Source of the DNA: an uncultured virus (IMG/VR IMGVR_UViG_3300017642_000077)
Lineage: Duplodnaviria; Heunggongvirae; Uroviricota; Caudoviricetes
Direction: 5' to 3' (one strand)
Length of the DNA: 64,000 nt
Virus record (IMG/VR): IMGVR_UViG_3300017642_000077
In this document: in pieces, positions 45,043 to 53,708 of the stretch
Layout of the letters: every line of letters begins with the position of its first letter
How positions within the stretch are numbered: position 1 is the stretch's first letter
Notes under the pieces: model-generated
What the model was told of the DNA's origin: nothing
What the model saw: the letters and a program-made list of their open reading frames with translations, nothing else
Database searches by the model: none
Position numbers and translations under genes: made by a program

Positions 45043-45594
45043 TTACACCAACAATCCACTTTGCAGTGCAGCCACAACCAAAGCGGCCAAGGGCACCAAC
45101 AACACGGCAAACGGCACGTCGTCCATGCCCGACGCCTCACTTGGGAACGCCGGCCCATCCTGCTCTCCGGGTTGCGGCTCGTATTGCCTCCTCCCCGAGT
45201 TTTGATTCCCCCTGGCCGGCTGCGGGCGTTCCTGCGGCGGCTGGTCGTCCTTATCCGGCCAATCGATGGGCGTGACACCCATGCCCGGAGCACCGACCAG
45301 GATTTCCACCTGGCTACGCTTGTTCCCGTCCTTATCCTCCCAGGACCGTTCCGACATTTCGCCTTGGACCAGGACACGCTTGCCCTTACGAATCCAGTGG
45401 TCGATAAACTCTGCCTGTTTCTCAAAGGCCTTCACACGGACCCATAAGGTACGCTCAACTTTCTGGCCGTCACGCCCCTTGTAACTTCGGTCCACAGCCA
45501 CGGAGAGGTCCATAACGGCGTTCCCATTGGGCAGGTAGGACAACTTGAGGCTCCCCACACGGCCTAAGCACTCATAGCGATTTAAATCAGCCAC
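45043..45594 (-). CDS. ssb: Single-stranded DNA-binding protein with hydrophobic extension after DDVPF
   Basis: LN....GRVG, KGKRVLVQG....RSWEDKDG.KR...EI, acidic DDVPF. Confidence 0.88.
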   Translation of the reverse strand: MADLNRYECLGRVGSLKLSYLPNGNAVMDLSVAVDRSYKGRDGQKVERTLWVRVKAFEKQAEFIDHWIRKGKRVLVQGEMSERSWEDKDGNKRSQVEILVGAPGMGVTPIDWPDKDDQPPQERPQPARGNQNSGRRQYEPQPGEQDGPAFPSEASGMDDVPFAVLLVPLAALVVAALQSGLLV

Positions 45595-45757
45595 TATCTT
45601 TGTCTCCTGTACCATTCCCGGCACTTTTCGATCCACTTGCACTCTTCCACCTGCTCCAATGGCTTTGCCTTGCCGGGCTTCCCGTCCCAGTACGTCACGC
45701 CAAAACAGAGGCCGGCATGGGCACAGGGGATTTCCGGGCAGGTTGAGCAGGGGAGGG

Positions 45758-46165
45758 TCATTGCACCCATTCTTCATCCTGACGCGGCCTGCTTTGCGGC
45801 ATCCTTTTCCCCTGGCTCACCATGGCCAGGATTTTCCGCGCACCCTCAATGTTGCGTTTATATTGCCCATCGACGTCCGTGTCCCAGGCAGGAAGGGCGG
45901 GAAGTTCGCGGTAAGGCGTTGCATCGGCTAAAGCCTTATCTGCGGCCAGCAAGTCGGCCGTCGTCGGCAGGAACGAGGATATCTTGCGATGCTTCCGGCA
46001 GGCGTTGGCGAAGCGTTCCGACGTCCAACGCTCTTCCAGCAGGTCATCCAGGATCATGGCCGCCAGGATATCCAGCTCATCCGGGCTTTTCTGCGCCGCT
46101 GCCGAGAGCCGCATGTTGAACAAATCCATGGCTGACCTGACCTGTTGCTGCGTCAACGCTTGCAT
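45758..46165 (-). CDS. Replication accessory (helicase loader/inhibitor-like) protein
   Basis: F..AC..HR..S.FLPT.ADL motif, follows the initiator. Confidence 0.55.
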   Translation of the reverse strand: MQALTQQQVRSAMDLFNMRLSAAAQKSPDELDILAAMILDDLLEERWTSERFANACRKHRKISSFLPTTADLLAADKALADATPYRELPALPAWDTDVDGQYKRNIEGARKILAMVSQGKRMPQSRPRQDEEWVQ

Positions 46166-47084
46166 TTGAAATCCCCATTGCCGCCTTTAGGCGTTTGGCT
46201 GTTTGCTCGCTCTCCATCTGCCGCTGATCCCGGAATGTGCGCGGCTGCGGGCTTGCCCTGGCCCTTTCGCGCGGCTTCGGGATCGGATCGAGCCATTTCT
46301 TTTTGCTCAGGTATGTCGAGAGGTTCATGGGCACGTCCATGCGCCGCCATGCGTCGGACTGACCACGAGTGGCGATGTCGTCCACCACTCGGTCTTTCGG
46401 GAAATTGAAGCGCATAGGCAAAAACGTGCTGTAGGCCGTGACCGTGTCCACGTTTCCACCGGCATCTTGAAAGACCGCAGCGATGTCCTGGAACTCAATC
46501 AGGCACTCGCTCAGGTCGGACACGTTGGCGTTCGGCTGGGCGTCCGGGTTGTCCTCGGGTGAGGCAGGTATGGGATCTTTTGGCTCAGTTTTTGCTATAT
46601 GCGCGTGCGCGCTTTTATTTTTTAAATCTTCCCTTTCCAATTCCCTTTCCAATTCCTGACAGGGTATGGATACGGTATTTGATGGTATGGATACGGTATC
46701 AAATTCCCCGAAAATTTGAGGATACCGTTTGCAAAGTTCTTTTTTGATTTTAAGGCTTTCGACAGCTTCAAACTGTCTTTTAAGGGAAAGGAGTATTTTT
46801 GGACTGGTGTTTGTCTGGTGCTTGATGAAATTGACAGTGAAAATGAACGATCCATCGACAACAACCTTTTTGTCCTTTTCCATAAGAGAAAGGCCAGAGG
46901 CTACACCCCCAACATCGAGGCCGGTCTCAAATGCAATTTTTTTATGGGAGATATCGAGAATACCAAGGTTATTTACGTGAGGGTTGGTAAACAGGTAGAT
47001 ATATAGGAGCTTGTCTAAAGGTTGCAGACTTTCAATATATGGGTCATCCCAAAATGAGACGCGCATTGTTCTATATTCGGCCAC
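46077..47084 (-). CDS. Phage replication initiator (replisome organiser-like)
   Basis: YR.....FWDDP.....DKLLY.YL.TNPH.N..GI......IAFETG, internal iteron-like repeats. Confidence 0.78.
   Translation of the reverse strand: MAEYRTMRVSFWDDPYIESLQPLDKLLYIYLFTNPHVNNLGILDISHKKIAFETGLDVGGVASGLSLMEKDKKVVVDGSFIFTVNFIKHQTNTSPKILLSLKRQFEAVESLKIKKELCKRYPQIFGEFDTVSIPSNTVSIPCQELERELEREDLKNKSAHAHIAKTEPKDPIPASPEDNPDAQPNANVSDLSECLIEFQDIAAVFQDAGGNVDTVTAYSTFLPMRFNFPKDRVVDDIATRGQSDAWRRMDVPMNLSTYLSKKKWLDPIPKPRERARASPQPRTFRDQRQMESEQTAKRLKAAMGISNASVDAATGQVSHGFVQHAALGSGAEKPG
46629..46730. repeat. Putative phage origin (iteron-like repeats inside the initiator gene)
   Basis: GGTATGGATACGGTAT twice at 21-bp period (46663, 46684), TTCCCTTTCCAA twice, AT-rich flanks. 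Confidence 0.6.
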
Positions 47085-47088
47085 AGTC

Positions 47089-47541
47089 CTACCCACCCAC
47101 CACGGCCCGATAGCGCCGTTCGACGGTGCGCCAGTAGTGGCGCAGGAATGAAAATGTCGCCCGCTCGGCGCCGCGCCGGTCCTGGGCAAAATAAAACGGA
47201 AGCCGATAGCGACTCATGAACGCGAAAACGGACTCCAACGCGGCTTTGGGATTGAGCTTGGAACGGTATTGGCCGGTGGCAAGATCGGTAATGGGCGACT
47301 CGACGACCAACAAAATGGATTCCATCGCCCGCAGCCTCTCCAACTCCCGTTCAAACCGCTCCCGCTCGCGCCCCAAACAGGCCACCAGATCGGGTAAGGA
47401 CTTGCGCTCGACTGCAACCATGTCCTCCAGCCCTACAAGGCTGTAGTCGCCGGCCTGGAGCGTTCCAGGCACCACTTCGGCGTCGTAGCCGGCGAAGGGA
47501 AATGGTTCCTGCTCTCGGGAATCAGTGACGATGCGGATCAT
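47089..47541 (-). CDS. ERCC4/XPF-domain nuclease
   Basis: DSREQ, L..GDYS, VERKS..DL. Confidence 0.88.
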   Translation of the reverse strand: MIRIVTDSREQEPFPFAGYDAEVVPGTLQAGDYSLVGLEDMVAVERKSLPDLVACLGRERERFERELERLRAMESILLVVESPITDLATGQYRSKLNPKAALESVFAFMSRYRLPFYFAQDRRGAERATFSFLRHYWRTVERRYRAVVGG

Positions 47542-47870
47542 TACGGCAATCTCCACTCCATCAGGTTCGGGCGGTCATCAAATTCCGTCATGCCTCGCAT
47601 TTCGTAGGCCATGAGCGTAAAGCAGTTCCACCCGGCGTGGGCTAAGTGATGGAGTTGGTCATCCTGGTCCAAGGCAATGCCACTCCGCCATGCCTGCATG
47701 TGGCGCTCCAGGGCGGCATAAATACGACTGTAGGAAATCCCCTTGAGCCAGTTTCCCTCGCCATACCTAGCGGCCCCGACCGTATAAACGCGCACCAGTT
47801 CGGCCAGCGCGTCCGGCGGAACGAGGTCGTAACGGAGCTTTCCGCCATCGTCCTTTCGGCCTTCGGTCAT
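47541..47870 (-). CDS. dATP/dGTP diphosphohydrolase domain protein (DUF5664)
   Basis: K.D.GK.RYDL.P, GA.RYG..NW.KG, A..RH...W..G...D.D..L.HLAHA.WN. Confidence 0.85.
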   Translation of the reverse strand: MTEGRKDDGGKLRYDLVPPDALAELVRVYTVGAARYGEGNWLKGISYSRIYAALERHMQAWRSGIALDQDDQLHHLAHAGWNCFTLMAYEMRGMTEFDDRPNLMEWRLP

Positions 47871-48505
47871 GCCGACTTTCCTCTTTTTTTCCCAACAACA
47901 CGCGCGATCCCGTCTATGTCATCCACGGTATATCCGGCCGCCTCGACGGCATAACGCTGATGTTGATACCGAAAATTTGGACCACCATATTTTACAGCTA
48001 AATTAAGGACGGCTCGGACAGACGGAGTTCCGCGCAATGCGCGAAAAGCTTTGCGGATAAATGGTGCTGCCTCAAAGTATTTTCGTTTTGGATTTGGCTT
48101 CTTTTTGGCCTTTTGTATTGTCTGTTTGCTGACAAAAGAAACGTTATTTTTATTTACAGAATGGTTTTTCTTTATTTGGAGCTTTCTTTCTGGGATAATG
48201 TTCGTTTTGTATATTATTGCAGGAGACTGGGTTGGGCGGGAAAGTTCTCCAGCCTCATATTTAGCCAACAACAATTTCCCAATAGAACAGCCGCAATCCC
48301 TGGAGCACTCCGGTTGCCCAGACTGGTAGTCTGATAAGCAAACAAACGGCGATATCCAGCCCCTATAACGACCGCGCACGCACGGAGCGTCTTTCCCGTG
48401 CGCACGACGGTCCCCATGGATGTCAGCGGCTGCGGCAGCTCGTAAAAATGTTGCTGCTTGCATACTGTGGGCAACAGGCGATCCAAGTCCGCTACTAAGG
48501 TCCAT
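47867..48505 (-). CDS. Hypothetical protein (start uncertain)
   Basis: Cys cluster followed by a basic C-terminus, within the PR operon. Confidence 0.5.
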   Translation of the reverse strand: MDLSSGLGSPVAHSMQAATFLRAAAAADIHGDRRAHGKDAPCVRGRYRGWISPFVCLSDYQSGQPECSRDCGCSIGKLLLAKYEAGELSRPTQSPAIIYKTNIIPERKLQIKKNHSVNKNNVSFVSKQTIQKAKKKPNPKRKYFEAAPFIRKAFRALRGTPSVRAVLNLAVKYGGPNFRYQHQRYAVEAAGYTVDDIDGIARVVGKKRGKSA

Positions 48506-48671
48506 CAGTTATTCCCCCTCTTTGTCCCCAAACGCCATTTTCCACCTCTGGCCATGGTCAACGTCTGGCCCACGGGGCACACGAGACAGGCCGGGCACTC
48601 CCGATCAAGGTTTGCCCAGCACAGGGCCGATTCACGCGGTACGTTGGGATTTTGCGGGCAGGTGGAGGGGA

Positions 48672-49142
48672 TCATGCGTGTTCCTGCTCCCATTGCGTCT
48701 CGTAGAGGTCCAAATCCTGGCCCACCTCGTCCACGTGCTTGTCAAAGGCGTCTCGAACGACGCGCGGATGTTCCCCGGTCTGCATGAGCTCATGGACAAG
48801 GGCCAGCGAGGGCAGATCGTCTAGGCATTCTTCGGCCACAGTGTCCTTGTTGGGTTCGGTTGTGGCCTTGCCGCCGCATCGCTCATTAATGGATTCGGCA
48901 AGGTAGTTGAGCATCTGCCGAACCTCGTCCGGCTCTCCGGCATCATGGAGTTCGTCAAATAGATTGCGGAGTCGCACCAAAACACTATTTTCCGAATCGG
49001 AGGTGAATTTTGGATTGCGGCAATACCTATTTGCTTGTGTTGTCCCAATCCCAAGCAACCTCTGAAACGTGGCCAAGCCAAGGATTCGCTTGGCATTCGC
49101 CATCATTTCCCACGGCTCTACCGGGGGTTTTTGAAAGTTCAT
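48672..49142 (-). CDS. CII-like regulatory protein, putative
   Basis: HTH-like N-terminus, downstream of cro, GAGGGA SD. Confidence 0.5.
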   Translation of the reverse strand: MNFQKPPVEPWEMMANAKRILGLATFQRLLGIGTTQANRYCRNPKFTSDSENSVLVRLRNLFDELHDAGEPDEVRQMLNYLAESINERCGGKATTEPNKDTVAEECLDDLPSLALVHELMQTGEHPRVVRDAFDKHVDEVGQDLDLYETQWEQEHA

Positions 49143-49183
49143 CTGTCCCTCGCTATTGTTCTCGGGCCTTGTATTGTGGCCCC

Positions 49184-49414
49184 ATGCAAACCCTGAACGT
49201 CTCCATTGAAAAAGATGACGTCGGCCTTCTCGTCACCATATCCGTGGTCACGAGAGCCGCCGCCCACTTCCGCCGCTTCCGCCCGCCGGCCGGCACCACG
49301 TTGGCCGACATCACCAGCGAGGCCGAGCGCATGGCCCTGGAACGCTGGCCGGGGGAAATCTGCTACAGACTCCCGCTCCCCATGGAGGATTGCGGATATG
49401 TCCCCGACCTGTAG
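49184..49414 (+). CDS. Small hypothetical protein antisense to the PR operon
   Basis: TATTGT 6 nt before ATG (leaderless geometry). Confidence 0.45.
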   Translation: MQTLNVSIEKDDVGLLVTISVVTRAAAHFRRFRPPAGTTLADITSEAERMALERWPGEICYRLPLPMEDCGYVPDL

Positions 49415-49574
49415 CGAGTGCGTGCACTGGCACGATGCACTCGTCGTGCAGCGACATCCGGTCGAGGTGCGCGCCTGCCTGGTGGCGCAACGGCTGGTCC
49501 AGACGGACACGCCGGCGGATGCGGAGTGTTTCGAGCGTCTGGTCACGCTCAAAACCCCCAAGGAACGCGGTTGA
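49398..49574 (+). CDS. Small Cys-containing hypothetical protein
   Basis: GGAGGA SD, MSPTCSECVHW...C...C. Confidence 0.45.
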   Translation: MSPTCSECVHWHDALVVQRHPVEVRACLVAQRLVQTDTPADAECFERLVTLKTPKERG

Positions 49575-49960
49575 GTTCGCGGTCGCAGAAATCGCAGCAG
49601 TCCACAAAATCGGCCAGTTGCCGGTCGCGCTTCCGCTTCTCTTCGGCCTCGTTGTGCTCGATCAAACCCTGGACAAAGTCCGGGGTGATGCGGCCGGTAC
49701 GTTCAAATTCGGTCCATGTGGTGAGGTCCATCATTAAACTCCGTCTTGCGGTTCGAGTTCGTCGCCCCAAAGCCATTCCAAACGAGGAGAAAGGTCTGCC
49801 GTGGGGTGAATGCGATCCAAACCGACCACCCAGCGGCCGCCACGACACAAAGCCAAAGTTGGGTTTGCGCCAGGGTAACGATGAAGAATTACGCCAACCC
49901 TGCCCGGGCAAATTTTGCAGCAAGATCGAACGCTAACGCGTTGGCCAGGGTATGGTTCCA

Positions 49961-50218
49961 TCACGCGGCCTCGTCGGGGTGGGGCTGGGTGGGGTCGGAG
50001 GGGAATGCCGTGGATAGCGGGGACGGGAGGGGGTGGAGCGGATGGGTTTCTCCGTAGAGGTAGGGCCAAAGCTTTTGGATATTGGCATAGCTTGGCTTGG
50101 CTCCCTCAACATTGAGAAGCCGCCAGATGGTGGATTGAGGAACCCCGCTTTTCCTGGCGATTTCCGACTCGGAAAGTCCTGAGTTTTTTTTCGCTTGGAG
50201 GTCTTTCAAAATGTCCAT
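49961..50218 (-). CDS. cro: Cro-like HTH repressor
   Basis: SESEIARKSGVPQSTIWRLL, divergent from cI. Confidence 0.85.
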   Translation of the reverse strand: MDILKDLQAKKNSGLSESEIARKSGVPQSTIWRLLNVEGAKPSYANIQKLWPYLYGETHPLHPLPSPLSTAFPSDPTQPHPDEAA

Positions 50219-50224
50219 GACGGG

Positions 50225-50277
50225 ATACTACCCAAACTTAGATAGCGAGTCAATGATCAATCGCCAAACTTGGGTAA
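50225..50277. promoter_or_regulatory. OR operators and PR promoter
   Basis: CTACCCAAACTTAGATAG (50228-50245) and ATCGCCAAACTTGGGTAA (50260-50277). Minus-strand TTGACT-17-TAGTAT. Confidence 0.78.
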
Positions 50278-50321
50278 GACAAAGTCTTCGCGGTTGGGTA
50301 TGGGAAGATTGGAGGCCTTCC

Positions 50322-51047
50322 ATGCCGTTCCTGGAAGATGTCAGGCAAAGTCTCGCTCGGTTTGAAAATAATCAGTCCGAGCTTTCCCGGTTGAGCGGGG
50401 TTCCCCAATCGACCATAAATCGAATTTTCAAAAGCCAGGGCGCACCGAGGGCCGACATTTTGGGGAAGCTTCTAGACGCCGTCGGCGCGCGAATCGTCTT
50501 CCCCGGCGAGCGCCAGGAACTAACCCGGGACGTCTGCTGGGTGGATGCCAAGATCGTCCCGGCCGGGAATGGGCAGGCACTCCCGCCGTCCGAAAGCTAT
50601 TTTGCCGTCCCGCTCGTGGGCGAGGCTGGGGCCGGGCCGGGCGTGATGCCGACTGAGGAAATCAAGTCGTGGGTGCTGGTCTACCGCCACCAGCACGCCA
50701 TCCGCTTCAAGCGTGACCTGCTCGCCGTTGAAATCGAAAAGCATAGCACGTCCATGGTGCCGCTGCTGCGGCCTGGGGATATCGTGCTCGTGGATCGCAC
50801 CGACTTCGAGCCGACCAAGCCGGGCGGCATCTTTCTGGTGCGCGAGCCGGGCCAGGAAGGCGGGGCCATGGTCAAGCGGGTGTCCGTGAAAGATGTTCCG
50901 GACGATATCCTTGTCACGTTCTACAGCGAGAACGCGGCCGAGAATCCAGCGGACACATACAGCCTAAAGCGCGATTATGACAATGAAATTTCAAAGGCCA
51001 TAGTCGGACGCTGCGTTTGGGCATGGTCGGATATTACGGGGAAGTGA
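50322..51047 (+). CDS. cI: CI-like repressor (HTH + S24 peptidase)
   Basis: QSELSRLSGVPQSTINRI, AGAG cleavage site, SM.P...PGD.VLVD, VKR, GGAGG SD. Confidence 0.92.
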   Translation: MPFLEDVRQSLARFENNQSELSRLSGVPQSTINRIFKSQGAPRADILGKLLDAVGARIVFPGERQELTRDVCWVDAKIVPAGNGQALPPSESYFAVPLVGEAGAGPGVMPTEEIKSWVLVYRHQHAIRFKRDLLAVEIEKHSTSMVPLLRPGDIVLVDRTDFEPTKPGGIFLVREPGQEGGAMVKRVSVKDVPDDILVTFYSENAAENPADTYSLKRDYDNEISKAIVGRCVWAWSDITGK

Positions 51048-51097
51048 TAAACCGTGCGGTGGTGGACAAATCAACCTCGAGCCCTTAAAATTGAGGC

Positions 51098-51997
51098 ATG
51101 ATCGAAATGAGCGACCTCCCCGAGGACAAACGGCCGGACTTTTGTCTGACCATAGAATTCGCCAGGGACACCAAAAATCCAGGGCGAATTTTTAAGTCCA
51201 TGGCTTCGTTGATCGAAGCCATGGAGGGGATTGATTCTATCCTTATTGAGTCTATTGATTCAAAAATAAAGCCAGTTCTTTTGCTTGACTCTGTCGAGTC
51301 AGGGTCTGTAAAGGTATGGCTAAAGCAATTTCTTGAATTTTTCCCTGATGACGGGCTGAATAAACTAGACTGGAAGCCGCTCGTCGGTCAATATTTGGTA
51401 AAGGCCAAGCATTTTTGGCTTAGCAAAATTGACACAAAGGAACCACTACCGACGCGAGAAAGCATTGATGCAATATCTACTGGCATAAATGAAATTGCCA
51501 GAGAGACAAACGTAAAGCTACTCCCAGTTTACAAAAAAATACCAGCGATTGAAATCGCCCGTGGCATTAAGATGTTGGCCGACGCTACTGCTAAACTTGA
51601 CCAGGGCGATTCTGTAAAATTTTCATCAGACGATGGTGACGCGCTTGTGCCATCATCCATCATCATAGAACAATCAAAAATAAATGAGATACTGTCATTT
51701 GAAACCATACAAAATGAAGCCGTAAAAATATTAATGGTCAGGAGACCTGATTTTCTTGGGGATACGGCGTGGGAGTTTCGACATGAAGATAAAAAATACC
51801 CTGCCAAGATAGACGACAACGAATGGCTTGAAGAGTTCAGGGACGGGAAGCATGACATCAGGCCCGGAGACGCGTTGAAGGTTAAGATACTTGAAACGAC
51901 TTCCTACGATATGAACGGGGAAGTCGTGAGCGATACAAGGTCAATAATAAAGATACTTGGTGTTATACGGCAACGCCGGATGTCTCTTATAGAATAG
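51098..51997 (+). CDS. Hypothetical protein in the rex position (lower GC)
   Basis: 299 aa with its own promoter TGGACA-17-TAAAAT and a terminator at 52091-52120. Confidence 0.75.
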   Translation: MIEMSDLPEDKRPDFCLTIEFARDTKNPGRIFKSMASLIEAMEGIDSILIESIDSKIKPVLLLDSVESGSVKVWLKQFLEFFPDDGLNKLDWKPLVGQYLVKAKHFWLSKIDTKEPLPTRESIDAISTGINEIARETNVKLLPVYKKIPAIEIARGIKMLADATAKLDQGDSVKFSSDDGDALVPSSIIIEQSKINEILSFETIQNEAVKILMVRRPDFLGDTAWEFRHEDKKYPAKIDDNEWLEEFRDGKHDIRPGDALKVKILETTSYDMNGEVVSDTRSIIKILGVIRQRRMSLIE

Positions 51998-52145
51998 GGA
52001 ATATGTCTGCACCCACTGGGTGTTTAAGTCCTTGTGGTTCGTCCGCAAGGCCGCCGCGCAACGAAGAATGCAATCCCACGCGGCGTCAGGAAGCCCCGCC
52101 GACGCGGGGCTTTTCTTTTCCCGACCCATCCGCTATCCAATCAGC

Positions 52146-52571
52146 ATGAAGCACCACATCTACCTCGCCGGCCCCCTCTTCACCCACGCGGAACGCCAGT
52201 TTATGGCCTCTCTCCGCGACCGCTTGCGCCAGCTCACCCATGTCACCGTGACCTGGCCGGGCGACCTCTTTGACGATGCCCACCTTGCCTCCCTTGGTCC
52301 CAAGGCCAAACAGCACATCTTCGCCGGTTGCCGTGACGAGATCCACGCCGCCACGCACATAGTGGCCATCCTGGACGGCCCCCAGGTGGACGACGGCACG
52401 GCCTGGGAGATCGGCTACGCCTACGCCCGGGGCCTGCCGGTTATCGGCCTGCGAACGGACTTTCGGCAGGCAGGCGACACTGCCCATTCGGTAGCAAACG
52501 CCATGATCGAGTGCTCGTGCGTGCATATCTACCGATCCGCTGATGAGCTTCTGGCCGCCCTGGCCGGATAG
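52146..52571 (+). CDS. Nucleoside 2-deoxyribosyltransferase / Rcl-like N-glycosidase
   Basis: IYLAGPLF..AE, DG..VDDGTAWEIGYAYA.G.PV..LRTDFR, N.MI. Confidence 0.9.
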   Translation: MKHHIYLAGPLFTHAERQFMASLRDRLRQLTHVTVTWPGDLFDDAHLASLGPKAKQHIFAGCRDEIHAATHIVAILDGPQVDDGTAWEIGYAYARGLPVIGLRTDFRQAGDTAHSVANAMIECSCVHIYRSADELLAALAG

Positions 52572-52595
52572 CCAACCCCCGCCATCTCTATTTCT

Positions 52596-52632
52596 ATCCC
52601 CGCCCGGCTTCGGCTTGGCGGGGATTTTTTTT
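52596..52632 (+). terminator. Intrinsic terminator ending the immunity region
   Basis: ATCCCCGCC...GGCGGGGAT followed by a T-run. Confidence 0.75.
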
Positions 52633-52640
52633 GGGCTATC

Positions 52641-52692
52641 TTATTCAAGTTTGGAAATTGACCTTGCATTACTACCCAAACTTGGATAGATT
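52641..52692 (+). promoter_or_regulatory. OL operators and PL promoter
   Basis: TTATTCAAGTTTGGAAAT (52641) and CTACCCAAACTTGGATAG (52672). TTGCAT-17-TAGATT. Confidence 0.8.
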
Positions 52693-53001
52693 CTCCTCAA
52701 CGAGCAGCCACCCGCACCCCGCACCGCTCCGGCCTAGGCCGAGGGGCAAGGGGACAGGTGGCGGGGCGAGAGGCCGGAACGCGACCGGAAATCCCTGCAA
52801 CAGCAAGCGCCGCGAGGATGCACGCCACGGGAGGGGATGGGAGCGGGACGGCCAGGAAGAGAGAAAAAGCCTTTTGATTGAAGAGAGTTGAGCGGCAGGA
52901 ACAACGATCCATCAACCACATGCCCATCAAGCGGGCGGCCGGATCAAGGGGCATTAAGAGTGTCTCGGCCGGCAATAAAACGAAACCTTTTGGAGCATGA
53001 C

Positions 53002-53604
53002 ATGGAAATATTAAAACTTCATTTTAAAAAGGACGCTAAAGGACGTTGGCTTGGATTGTTTAGATGTAAAAATTGTGGAGTAATTTATATTAGGGATTTA
53101 AGCGCTGGCAAAAAATCAAAACAATGCAAAAAGTGCTATAAAAATGGAATAGCGAAATTAAATTACAAACTATATCACATTTGGCACTCTATGCGCGACA
53201 GGTGTTATAATAAAAATAATAAGAATGCTAAATATTACTACAAAAAAGGTATAAGACTATGCAAGGCGTGGAGAAAGTTTGAAAATTTTTTAGAGTGGGC
53301 AAATAAAAACGGTTGGAGACCAGGATTACAGGTTGACAGGATAGACAGCGAAAGGGGTTATTCCCCAGATAATTGTAGGCTGGTTACTAGTTTGATAAAC
53401 ATGCGAAATAGAAGTTGCTGTAAACTGTCTATTGAAAAGGCTGAAACAATCAGGCTCCTTCATGCTGAAGGAAAGACTTCTAAAGAAATTGCAAATGAAT
53501 TTTGCATAAGCAGGGCGATGCTAAGTTATGTTTTGCATAATAGGTGTTGGTCGGTCGAGCCCCCTACGCAGCGAGCAACCAACTCAACCGTTGGAAACGG
53601 CTAG
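53002..53604 (+). CDS. HNH-type endonuclease with C-terminal HTH (AT-rich)
   Basis: LY.IW.SM..RCYN......Y..KGI..C..W..FE.F..WA, DRID...GYSPDNCR..T...N.RN. Confidence 0.82.
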   Translation: MEILKLHFKKDAKGRWLGLFRCKNCGVIYIRDLSAGKKSKQCKKCYKNGIAKLNYKLYHIWHSMRDRCYNKNNKNAKYYYKKGIRLCKAWRKFENFLEWANKNGWRPGLQVDRIDSERGYSPDNCRLVTSLINMRNRSCCKLSIEKAETIRLLHAEGKTSKEIANEFCISRAMLSYVLHNRCWSVEPPTQRATNSTVGNG

Positions 53605-53708
53605 CCAGGGGCATGACAACAGAATTTCTCCCTGGGGGACTTCGGTCCCCCTCGGGACTGGCCTCGCGTGTTCGGCGTGGGGCCTGACCGAGAAATAAGG
53701 AGGGAGGG

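Noticed and set aside
44138..45205. 355-aa plus-strand ORF
   Set aside because: Runs antisense across mucR and neighbouring genes, no motifs
47541..47870. Z-genome (2-aminoadenine) pathway
   Set aside because: No purZ, datZ or dedicated polymerase in the window
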